In this document: positions 1-10,545 of the stretch, piece by piece
How positions within the stretch are numbered: position 1 is the first letter of the stretch
Layout: each line of letters opens with the position of its first letter
Assembly: GCF_023055435.1 (NCBI RefSeq)
Contig: NW_025964372.1
Span: 27,528,001-27,592,000 of the forward strand
Direction: 5' to 3'
Origin: Haliotis rufescens
Lineage: Eukaryota
Length of the DNA: 64,000 nt
The notes under the pieces: model-generated
The model's database searches: none
What the model saw: the letters and a program-made list of their open reading frames with translations, nothing else
Told to the model about the DNA's origin: nothing
Made by a program: the position numbers and the translations under genes

Positions 1-1150
1 ACACAGCATGCACTAAGTTCAAAAGCACGAAGCAAGGGCAATAATACCATTTACCAAACTCTTTTAAGATCATAACAAGTAAGGTGAGTGTGTTAAATTT
101 CATTTGTCCAACTTCAATAGTCTATAAGAAAAATGTCCCCATTGTGAAGTGGGCATGCATACAAATGACACATATATTGTTCTTCGTGGCGGGGATAAAA
201 CATTATTAGTTTGTTGTAACTGAACCTTAGGGAACCTGCATTTAGGTATAAAACGTCATTGCCAGACAATAACCAGTCATACGAAAGAGAAAGGCAAAAT
301 AGTGTTGAAAATATTTGACTGCATCGCTGAAAATCAGTGATGACGCCAGGCATTTGCGAAATGGGTTAGCATGTTCTACCCACGACTTGTTAAGACGGAG
401 GTGTAATCCTCTCTTGACTACCGAAATAATGGCCATTCCGAAACATCCTCAGTAATATCAACCTATCCTAATCTTTGCCTGATTCGAGCTTTAGGGCTGC
501 TTTGAAAACAACAGGAGAGCTGCAATAGCACACCCATAATGAACTGAGGACCCTCCAAACTATAAGTCGATCAGGGTTGCTTGGTCGTTTGTTGTTTAAC
601 GCAGCCCTCAATAATATGCCACCTATAAATTGAGTTCGGACAAGACAATCCAGTGAGTGACATTAACACCAATCCATAGTTTGGAATATGACACTGGATC
701 AACCATGGCCCCGATCATATCAATGAATATGATATATACTACTCAAGGCGAGTTAAAAGGGGATGTTTTTCATTTGACAGATTAAACAGATTTAACAACT
801 TTTTGTGGGAGGTTTAGCACATAAAAGGCTGGAGTAGAGACACACCATTGGTCATATCCAACTTATCGGTAACTCATTTTGGACAAGTGGTTATTTTAAC
901 TCACTAGCTTTGGCGAAAAAACAAAAAGCCAGACTACATTTTCACTAGCTTCGGACTCACGGACAACTGGCCGTGCCTGTCCCTTAAAGGGTGGAATATG
1001 ATTAAGTTGAAGTCATTTTTCATTGGCACAACTCAAATTGATTGTTCGATTTTGATAGGAAAGCGACATTTTGTCACTGGAGAAGAGGCCAATTAAATTG
1101 TTGAACCCTAAGTTAATTGTAGAGATAGGAGAGCAAAGTGATAGCAAATT

Positions 1151-1305
1151 AACTTGGTTGATGCATGTCATTATATCCCAGTTGCGTGGATCGATGCCCA
1201 TGATTCAATCACTGGATTGTCTGGTCCAGACTCTATTATTCACAGACCGCCGTCATAAATTTAGCTGGACTATTGCTGAGTGCGGCGTTAAAAAAACAGC
1301 AACAA
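1151..1305 (+). mobile_element. 5'-truncated copy of the same SINE-like family
   Basis: Aligns by eye to 1490-1635. Confidence 0.7.
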
Positions 1306-1383
1306 TGGAATATTGCTGACTGATGTGTTAAGCAACAAACACACATTCGAAACCCATACCTGTCGAGTTGATCATACCAATGA

Positions 1384-1635
1384 GACCTGTGAAGATCCGG
1401 GGTAGAATAGGTCTTCACCATGCTTGCTGTAAAAGGCGACTATGCTTGTCGTAAAAGGCGACTAACGGGATCGGGTGGTCAGGCTCGCTGACTTGGTTGA
1501 TGCATGTCATCGATCCCAATTGCGTGGATCGATGCTCATGATATCAATCACTGGATTGTCTGGTCCAGACTCGATTATTTACAGACCACCATCATATAGC
1601 TGGAATATTGCTGAGTGCGGCGTTAAACAACAAAC
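1384..1635 (+). mobile_element. SINE-like interspersed repeat (also 22756-23007 and 44103-44354)
   Basis: Core cactggattgtctggtccagactcgattatttacagacc...gctgagtgcggcgttaaacaacaa recurs in diverged form at ~588-706(-), 1151-1305, 2080-2254, 15559-15670 and 20997-21228(-); simple-repeat tail. Confidence 0.75.
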
Positions 1636-2079
1636 CACCACCAAATCACCACACCTATGGTTGAAACAAATGATACCATGGGATGACACTGTTCCACTTC
1701 CTTTGTGGGAAGCTTTGTATCAGATATTAATCCTTTGCCAGGTTGACACTTTTTTCTTTTCTTTTGTGAAAGGATCGGGGGAAAAGCTTGCCACAAATAA
1801 ATAAATAATTTAAACTGATATTTATTTTCAAGTTAATAGAATTAGCAAAATGAAACTGATCTGAAATATTAATTGGCCAAATACATTGTATATAGTCCCT
1901 GACCACTACAAAAACTTCATAATGAGTAAATATCCTTCTCTAGCAGAAGTAAACATACATGTATATACATGTTATGGTTTAAATATCCTTAGGGATTCCG
2001 GATTGAATTGGTCCCTTGGGCCGTTGGCTAAATATCTAACATCATCATAAACCCTATAGCAACCTATAGAAGCTAAATA

Positions 2080-2254
2080 GATCGGGTGGTCAGACTCAGT
2101 GACTTGGTCAGTGTCGTGTCTTTGTCGTGCTGCGACGGCGTGGATCGTTGCTCAAAATACCAATCACTGGATTGTCTGGTCTAGATTCGATTATTTACAG
2201 GCTGCCATCATATAGGTTGAACACTGATGGGTGTGGCTTTAGGCAACAGACACA
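2080..2254 (+). mobile_element. Degenerate SINE-like copy whose 3' tail is the LTR-element insertion site
   Basis: atcgggtggtcagactc...cactggattgtctggtctagattcgattatttacagg...ggctttaggcaacagacaca directly abuts the LTR. Confidence 0.7.
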
Positions 2255-2676
2255 TGTAACACAACACAAGAAGGCGGTTTGAGGATTACGTAGTTTTAAT
2301 CACAATGGCATATGTACAAGTCAAAGGAAGTGTGCCGTCCTTCCTTCCTCCCTCTAGATACTCACCTGTACCTTAGGGTGCTGAGACCAAGTCTGCCGGT
2401 ATTTGGAAGTCGCCCGGTAAATATATAGTAATGACGGAATGCCAAGCATTTTGTTTTGCACAGGTACTAAAATTTGGTGTGGTCAACTTGAGATTAAATT
2501 GACCATCAAGTGGTGTCCATGACGAGGCACTTAAAATTGTTCCCCTTAAGGTGACATGAAACCACCACTCACTGGTCCACTTGATATGTACTTGACATAT
2601 CCACGGGGTCAGTCGTATTTGGCAAACACTGATAGTGTTACATTAGTCGTATTTGGCAAACACTGATAGTGTTACA
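2255..2676 (-). repeat. 3' LTR (422 bp), copy 1
   Basis: Direct repeat of 10056-10545; TG...CA termini; adjacent PPT; TATA-like tract near 2418-2428 and ATTAAA near 2295 on the minus strand. Confidence 0.95.
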
Positions 2677-2689
2677 TCCGCCCCTTTCT
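2677..2689 (-). promoter_or_regulatory. Polypurine tract (also 24204-24216 and 45551-45563)
   Basis: Minus-strand AGAAAGGGGCGGA immediately precedes the TGTAAC of the 3' LTR. Confidence 0.9.
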
Positions 2690-2928
2690 ACTTGGAAATA
2701 TTGTTGATATTTCCAGGCCTCATAAGTCGATCTTAAAAATACACACAGTTCCATATATACATAAACAAAAAAAAGAGTGTAAATATTTTACAACGATCAT
2801 GCTGTCCGTGACCGGACTTAATCGCTTTTAAAATGTCACTTCGTCACAATCTTGGCCCTCGACCGGCTACAGACACACCATTTTGGTCATCTGTGATCGT
2901 CAGTTCTGCGTTGTGTTCTTCTTTTCAA

Positions 2929-3012
2929 TATATGTATTATGTTCAACTATTGATAGTCACGATATGGCTGAAATATTGCCGATGTGACTTAAAATTTAAC
3001 TCACTCACTCAC
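2929..3012 (+). mobile_element. 84-bp 5'-truncated non-LTR retroposon insertion inside the LTR element
   Basis: (TCAC)n tail; 12-bp TSD tcttcttttcaa at 2917-2928 and 3013-3024; related sequence at ~16529-16584. Confidence 0.8.
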
Positions 3013-3099
3013 TCTTCTTTTCAACTTAGTTCAACTTTATGGTCGTCACCACAAGTTCCAATATGGCCGCCGTCCATCTTCGTCACCAGCCTGTTCATC

Positions 3100-5028
3100 T
3101 TAGTTCATGCAGCAACAATATCGCAACACTGTACTGTTTAGTAGTGGGCATCCAGGCCAGGGTACAGGCGTCGTATGGATGACGTTGTTGGAGGCGCCGA
3201 AGTCTGATCCCCCGTCATCAGTGGTGCAGGTCGCTAAGCCGCTCCTGGAGTCGGTACTCGCGACCTGGATCACATCAGATCCCATCAACTCGAATTCGGG
3301 TGTTTCCCGGGTGTGCTTTCCCCAAGTGAGCATTTTGGATAGCCAAAATTTTCTATATCTTAAAACCATTATCAATATTATTATGACTAGTAACATGATA
3401 CCCCCAACTAACCACTTTTTCCAGTTAATTTTCTTATCCCAACTAATTTCAGTGTTTACACTATGTAATTCATCAATTAAATGACTCATGGATACCGTAT
3501 CTATATTCTGGAGGTGGCTTGGAACTTTCGATATCGTCACATTTCTTAATTTTTCCTTAAAGGGTTTCCATAACAGCATATCTAAAACGTTTGGCATATG
3601 AGGTAGCTGAGCCCAGATCTCATTTAATTCAAACCTGCTTTCATTACGATAAAATGGTAGTAATGTCAAATGATTGTTTGAAGCTGTACAAGAGACGTTT
3701 ACTCGTAACATACCTATTGGTGGGTAAATAGTTATTATCTGTGGATATACTTTTTAACATACTATAGTAAAGTCTAGTTGTTCAGCGGTCGCAATGACCC
3801 ATTGGCCTTCCCAAATATTATCTGCCCTAGGCAGTATCATGTGCATGGTAACTTCCCGTTTACACAAGCTCTTGACTTTATCTAAATCTTTCATGAAGAG
3901 CGCGATCATGAACATCTGACTAAGATTTAGGGGATAAGTCGGGCTGCTTATCATGCGTGATTCTAATTTATATGTGGCAACCATGCCAGCTACTTTAGTA
4001 AATTCATGCGTTTTATCTGAGAGGAGAGGTAGTGGTAAATTATGAATTTTATAAATTTCGTATTGCCCATTATAATCTAATAGTGGAAGTGATATTATTA
4101 TCAAAATCTTTTCCTCATAAACTAAGGTCGAGCATGTTAATGTTCGATAATAATTCCATAATTCCTTTTTCTGGATCTTTTGCCAGTTTATAGCCACTTG
4201 GTAAATGAATATTTATTTCACGTAATAATACTAATAATTCACTTGGAGTGACAGTGCCTGGCGACAAGTGTCCGAGTGATAGAGCATTAAATTGTAATTG
4301 GAGGTGATTGATATAAGACATCAATGTTTGTATTGTTTGTCTTACGTCTTCAATTACTAAATCTATCTTGAGATAATTGTTAGTAGCCCATTCAAGTTTA
4401 TCTATACGCCCCGCAAGAATTCGGGAGATGTTTGCTACATTTACCTCTACTTCCTTGAGATTATCAATAACTGCATTAATTGTTTGTCGGTTCTTCTGAA
4501 CTTGAATCCTTGTTACATTCAAAATAGTGAGTTCTTCATGAACTACATGCGATATGGTTTCTTGGTTCTTAGCAATTTTGTTGATATTGTTTTTGATTGA
4601 ATTTAAATCAGACTCGGATACTGTTCCAAATAGATAACTTAAAGCATCGCCAATAAATGGGATTAATGATCGCTTTGGTCTTATCAACTTCCTGTATTCT
4701 AGAAAACTAACTTCTAGCGAACTTAGTGTATTATTTAGACCCGTAATTTCCTTGTCTAACCTGTAGAAGGTTCCTTCTACTTTGTTAACATCAGTGCTGC
4801 TATGGTAGCGACTGATCAGTCTACGCAAAACTAATGCAACTTCTTCGATATCCTTCCTACATCTTTGAATATAGTCAATATAAGGTTTCATGTCTATTAC
4901 TAGTGCTACAAGCCATTTTGAACAAGTTGTAGAAATATCATTGACCTTTTGAAAAAACACGTTTTCAGAAACTAATAGACTAATAAACCACCAAAACACA
5001 ACACTGTTAATATGGTAAACACACCCAT
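3100..5028 (-). pseudogene. env: env, F-type (baculovirus F/errantivirus-like) class I fusion glycoprotein, disrupted, copy 1
   Basis: ATG at 5028 with hydrophobic leader MGVFTILTVLCF; furin site RPKR followed by fusion peptide SLIPFIGDALSYLFG; heptad-rich region; TM WLVGGIMLLVIIILIMVL; frameshifts near 5000 and 4170; in-frame TAA at 3754-3756. Confidence 0.88.
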
Positions 5029-8000
5029 TTCCTGCAAATATACAGAATAAAAAAACTATATAAAACTGTGACTAACCAAGACTACATACAACTATAATCA
5101 TCAGTTGTACTCAAACATGAATACCATATATGCTCAATACCATATATACAAAACAAACAAGATATGCATGCAGTGCCCGATTATACTACGAAGCCTTATA
5201 GTAACCCGGCTACTGCCTCAAACAACTTCTTAACCTTATCATCAGGGGTTAATTGACGTGTCTCTTTAACTTCATTTACGGATACATTATCATTATCTGA
5301 TGATTCACTTGATCCGTTGTCCTCCGTCGAATTGTCAATAGAGTCACGTCGCCTAGCACTCAAGCGTTTGGCAAGTTGGGCTAACGGAACGTCATTCTCT
5401 GAGTCTGAGTCTGAACGTTCCTGTCTATACCGCTTTGTGATCCTTGACATGGGATCCTTTGATCCTTGTACCTCCTCGTCCGAGGTTGATTCTGAGGATA
5501 GTGATATAACATTATGTTGTTTTCTTCGAGGTCTACCTTCTGTGTCCTTGGGAATTTCCCAATCATCTAGATTAGCAATCCTAAGATGTTCTGCATGAGC
5601 TCGTGTAGTTGATCCATCAAGCTGATTTCGTATGATGTAAGTTACTGGCGATGTTTGTTCAATAACCCTGTAGAACGGCTTCCACCTGTTCTGTAGCTTA
5701 CTCTTCCTTTGATGAAATCTATAGTAGACAGGGTCGCCAACCTTGATTTTGTTTACTGCTCCTGTCGGCATATCGGGCCTGTCTTTCTTTGCTTTCTTCA
5801 TGTTCTTGTGTACTAGAACGAATGCCTTGTGCTGCTGTTGCAGTGCTGTTTTATGTTCTTCGTCACCTGCATACTTACGTCTCGGTCGTAGCAGGTTGTC
5901 AACAGGAAGAACGACGTCACGATTGTACAACAAGAAGTATGGCGAAAACTTGGATGATTCACAGATGTAGAAACGAATTGCAGCCAAGGTTTGATTTAGG
6001 TATAAGTCCCATGTTGTTACGTTGTCATTCAGCTTTTTCGCAAGGACATCATGTAATGTACGATGAAATCGCTCAACTCTTGCATTGGACTGGGGGTGAT
6101 AAAATGACGTCCTGACGTGGTTGATCCCTAATGCTGACAATGTTTCACTGACAACCTTGTTAATATTCTCTGTCCCGTTATCTGTGACAATCTGTAGTGG
6201 ACAGCCAAACCTCGGGAATATCTCCTCTAGTATCAGATGGGCAACTGTCTCTGCTGATTTATCAGGTACTGCATACGCCTCAGGCCAACCGCTGAAGTGG
6301 TCAACGAAGCCGATGATATATTTATTCCCAGATAATGTTGTCGGATAGGGTCCTGAGAGATCCATACTTACCTTCGCAAATGGGTAGGGCGGAATCTCAG
6401 TTTCCTGCAAAGCTGGTTTCTGGGCCTTCATGGTTCTAGATTGACAAGTGATACATTTGCCGATACACTCAGTTATCTCCCTGTAGAGGTTGGGCCAATA
6501 ATATTTCAGTTTTATTGCCTCAAATGTCTTGTCAATCCCCATGTATCCGTTTGCATCATGATATTGCGTGACCACGATCTGTTTGAACTTTTCGGGTACA
6601 TATAACCTGGGCGATGGATCATCCTCAATTGCACTGACATAGTACAATAGATCATTTATGACTAAGTACCTTTTTAAGTGTGACTTGTCACCGTGACCTT
6701 TTTCCAGTTGTTCTTTGATGCTCGTGATGTTTTCATCCCTATCCTGCTCTTTCTGCATGTCTATATCCATTTCCATTCTGCGTGGCAATGAAGATGCCTC
6801 GGGAATTGGCAAATCGCAGCTAGCAAAATTCTTAGGGTTGAATTTGGTGGGGTTCAATGCCTCAATCCTCAGACTGTTGTCGGGTCGATCAATCTCAATG
6901 TCTTCCTCATTAGGCCCGCAGCCGTTATCTGTGTTTGATTTGCCCCGAGATAGTAGATCTGCACAAGTGTTGTTCTTTCCTGCCATATACCCGATCTTAC
7001 AGGTATAGCCCGCGATTCCCAGTGCCCATAGTTTTTCTACCTGTTCACCCTCACTTTCATGTGTCTGAACCAGACACGCCCCTATACAGCTGTTACTGGC
7101 GTCCGTGTACAGAGTGTATGGCCTATTCGGGTCGGGATAGGTCAGTAATGGTACAACCGTCAGACTGTCTTTCAAGAAATCAAAAGACTTTTGACATTCT
7201 TCAGACCACGAGAATCTCGCAAATCTCTTGGTAAGTTTTACCATGGGTTCAGCAATATTTGAGAAATTGGGGATAAATCGGCGGTAATAACTGCACATCC
7301 CTATGAACCCTCGTACTTCTTTTACTGACCTTGGGGCTTCCATTGACCTAATGGCCTCTACCTTTTGGTTGTCAGGTTTTATTCCATCTTGATTGATGAC
7401 AAAACCTAAGTACTGAGTTTCCTCCTTGGCAAAGCTACATTTTGACAACTTGAGTTTTAGTGAATGTTGGCGGAGTCGTTCATAAACTGTCTCGATATGA
7501 AGTAAATGTTGTTCTTCCGACTTTGAGAATATCAAAATATCGTCTAGGTAGGCTATTGCAAATGCATCGAGACCCTGTAAAACTTCATTCATAAGTTCCA
7601 TAAAAACTGCTGGAGCATTACAAAGTCCAAAAGGCATCACGTTAAATTCAAAAAGACCTCTATGACAAGCAAAAGCAGTTTTTTCTTTATCTTCATCATC
7701 CATTTGAGGGGTAAAGTCGTTGAAATAGGACGGCTAATTTTGTTCAAAACCCTAAAGTCTACACAAAAACGCTTCGATCCCTATTTTTTGTCAACGTCGA
7801 CAATGGGGAAACTCCATGGTGACCTAGAACGTCGAATGATCTGAGCATCTAACATGTCATCGATCGCCTTATCTACAACTTTGCGTTTGTTAAGAGGAGT
7901 TCGATATGGCTTCATCTTGATCGGAACATTGTCACCTGTGTCTATCTTCATACGTACAGTTTCTGTCTGCCCTAAGTCTAAATCACTCTTTGCAAATAAA

Positions 8001-8777
8001 CCCTTGTTTTGAGACACTAAATCAGTTAACCTTGATTTCAAATTAACTGGAGCGTCAATGTCAACATTGAGATCACAGGATATGTCCCTATCAGCTAATT
8101 CATCGCTACGCTCCTTAGCGTCCCTAGTACGCAACCTCTCTTCAACCTAAATGTACGGTTGGTATTGTTGACTAGCAGTAATGGGACATTCCTATGTTTG
8201 TCAATCTTAACAATAGAATTTCCTATGAGTAGACCTGGTTCATTTGCTGGGTAACTCTTTTCAATTGTGGAGATTTCATACGTGCTTGATGTTTCAAAAT
8301 ATGGTCTATTTTTAATCTTTGCCCTTAAGATATTTCTACACTGAGGTTTTACTGTTGTATCCGCTGCTAACCTGACTAGAGAAGATATATGGATATCTTC
8401 CTCTAGCGGTACATAAGTTTTCCCTACTGTTAAGCTACCCAAGTCGAAATACACCCTAACACCTGCCTGTGTCAACCAATCGTGTCCTAATATAAGATTT
8501 CTGTTCATGTTTCCTACAACATAGAAGGTATAGGAAAGATTGACGCCTCTCATCCTAAAGTGAACTTTCACATTCCCATCTACCTGTAACGAATTCCCAT
8601 TAACCCCTTGTAAAGCGACTTTCTTTTTGTTTAACGGAAATCTATCTTTTATTGAATCGTACACCCTACGATGCATTATCGACACTTCAGCGCCAGAATC
8701 AATTAAACACCTCCATTGTTTTTTTCCTATTTTGATACTACACGAATTTGGTCTCCCCACTTCATTTATTGAATGTA

Positions 8778-8923
8778 CTGGGCCATTTGTCGCCTTCTCT
8801 CCCTCATCGGCTTCTGGGCCATTTGTCGCCTTCTCTCCCTCATCGGCTTCTGGGCCATTTGTCGCCTTCTCTCCCTCATCGGCTTCTGGGCCATTTGTCG
8901 CCTTCTCTCCCTCATCGGCTTCT
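8778..8923. repeat. 36-bp x4 perfect tandem repeat at the start of pol (EADEGEKATNGP); also 30107-30252 and 51454-51599
   Basis: ctgggccatttgtcgccttctctccctcatcggctt repeated four times. Confidence 0.95.
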
Positions 8924-8949
8924 TTATGAGGAAGAGAATTTAGTTTCCC
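8903..8949 (-). promoter_or_regulatory. gag-pol -1 ribosomal frameshift signal (G GGA AAC slippery heptamer plus stem-loop)
   Basis: Minus strand CAG GGA AAC TAA ends gag; pol is open in the -1 frame; 12-13 bp stem UCUCUUCCUCAU/AUGAGGGAGAGA begins 4-5 nt downstream. Confidence 0.8.
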
Positions 8950-9899
8950 TGGTTTTGTTTTCTTGGTGGTCTGTTTGGACAATTTCGTTTAAAGTGGCCC
9001 GATTGATTGCATAGCCAATATACCCTGATCTCTTGCTCTCTCTCATTAACCGCATAAACACGTTTTGATCTGCAATCCTAAGCCCGGTGACCTGGCTTCC
9101 CGCATGAGAAACAATTACGACGCTGTCTAGCATGATCAACGTCCATAGGCACTTCTCGCCTCCCGCTATTCGAATCGTGCCCTCTACTATTAAAATCATG
9201 CCCTCGGCTACTCGGTTTTCCCAACCTGAGTTCGAATCTAGCCCTAATGTTTTGTTCACGCGTGGCCGAGGCCACTGCTTCTTTGAGGGATGTGGGGTTT
9301 TCCCTCATAAGTTTTTTTCTGCATGTACTCATGACTCAAGCCATCTCTGAAAAAACCTATCAATTGTCTTTGGATGGCGGGATTATCTTCACCGTCCTGC
9401 CCTAATCCTTCATAAGCCTCTTCGGCCAAGTTTAGTAGTCTTTCAGCATAAATCTGAACACCCTCACTATGTTTTTGTTTGACCGCCCTTAAAAACATAA
9501 ATGCGTGTTGTGGGTCGCTTATTTCAGCAAACCTGCTCGTTAGCTCTGCCCTTAACTCCTTCCATGTTTTGGCAGGATTATCATCCATATAGCATTGCAC
9601 GAAGTCGCTTACAGCGCCATCACAACTCTGAAAAGCAATTAGCTTTTTACTGGCGTCTTGATTTGCGCCAGTTAGCAATGCATACTTTTCTACAGATTTG
9701 ATCCATTTTTTTAAATCTTTCGGGTTCCCCACAAATGTTTTATAGCTTGATTCACGCCCTGTGCGCTTAGCGTTGTATTTACAGCAGCTAGCCTCCCGTT
9801 TATTTCATTTCCCTGTGCCCCTAATGTTGAAGTTACTGTTGATAACTGCCCCGTTATTTCTCCCGCTAACCCTTGTAAGAATTGTGCATATTCTGCCAT
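8940..9899 (-). pseudogene. gag: gag with two CCHC zinc knuckles, disrupted, copy 1
   Basis: ATG at 9899 (MAEYAQFLQG); capsid-like region WKELRAELTSRF; CFSCGKPGHRA*DC and (Y)WLCNQSGHFKRNC; two frameshifts and one premature stop. Confidence 0.9.
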
Positions 9900-10014
9900 T
9901 TTGCTCACTTAAGTACTTGCAAAAACCCAAAGAATCACCTTTTTGCGAGTCCCGGGACCAATTCCCTCGATCCTAGTCGTTTCCTGGGATCCCTCTCCTT
10001 CTCTCCTTAAGGTG

Positions 10015-10032
10015 ATCCTGGTCTCGGCACCA
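10015..10032 (-). promoter_or_regulatory. Primer binding site, tRNA-His-like (also 31344-31361 and 52692-52709)
   Basis: Minus-strand TGGTGCCGAGACCAGGAT; from memory 17/18 match to the complement of an invertebrate tRNA-His 3' end; tRNA-Phe is the next candidate. Confidence 0.7.
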
Positions 10033-10055
10033 GTTTACGTAACCCCGCCCCTTCT

Positions 10056-10545
10056 TGTAACACAACACAAGAAGGCGGTTTGAGGATTACGTAGTTTTAA
10101 TCACAATGGCATATGTACAAGTCAAAGGAAGTGTGGCGTCCTTCCTTCCTCCCTCTAGATACTCGCCTGTACTTTAGGGTGCTGAGACCAAGTCTGCCGG
10201 TATTTGGAAGTCGCCCGGTATATATAGTAATGATGGAATGCGAAGCATTTTGTTTTGCACAGGTACTAAAATTTGGTGTGGTCAACTTGAGATTAAATTG
10301 TCCATCAAGTGGTGTCCATGACGAGGCACTTAAAAATGTTCCCCTTAAGGTGACATGAAACCACCACTCACTGGTCCACTTGATATGTACTTGACATATC
10401 CATGGGGTCTTCACGGGGTCAGTCGTATTTGGCAAACACTGATAGTGTTACATCAGTCGTATCTGGCAAACACTGATAGTGTTATGATATGTACTTGACA
10501 TATCCACGGTGTCAGTCGTATCTGGCAAACACTGATAGTGTTACA
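10056..10545 (-). repeat. 5' LTR (490 bp), copy 1
   Basis: Direct repeat of 2255-2676 with extra U3 duplications; followed by CACA TSD. Confidence 0.95.

Larger units (their letters stand above)
5196..8949 (-). pseudogene. pol: pol (aspartic protease, RT, RNase H, integrase), disrupted, copy 1; includes the 835-aa ORF 5196-7703
   Basis: LIDSGA protease; FCVDFR, MPFGL and YLDD RT motifs; TDAS...ADLLSR RNase H; integrase MDLSG/TDNG/ERFH; frameshift ~8100; TAG at 7781-7783; RT LDL motif and RNase H core appear deleted. Confidence 0.95.
2255..10545 (-). mobile_element. Ty3/Gypsy env-bearing LTR retrotransposon (errantivirus-like), full-length and decayed, copy 1
   Basis: TGTAAC...GTTACA LTRs at both ends; CACA TSD (2251-2254 and 10546-10549); PBS and PPT; gag-PR-RT-RH-IN-env order. 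Confidence 0.96.

Noticed and set aside
114-1804. Short ORFs of 60-110 aa
   Set aside because: No recognisable motifs; several overlap SINE-like repeats; recurrence is explained by the segmental duplication
3100-4999. env fragments as a domesticated syncytin-like host gene
   Set aside because: Two frameshifts, an in-frame stop and further deletions; still embedded in a complete provirus
5196-7703. 835-aa ORF as an active Pol
   Set aside because: It lacks the RT N-terminus including the LDL catalytic Asp motif and the RNase H core, and the upstream frame has a stop and frameshifts
8778-8923. 36-bp repeats as a CRISPR array
   Set aside because: Repeats are contiguous with no spacers, in frame within pol, in eukaryotic DNA with no cas genes
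10015-10032. tRNA gene
   Set aside because: Only an 18-nt match to a tRNA 3' end including CCA, with no cloverleaf; it is a PBS
10097-10435. ORFs inside the 5' LTR
   Set aside because: Frame not conserved in the 3' LTR; no protein motif
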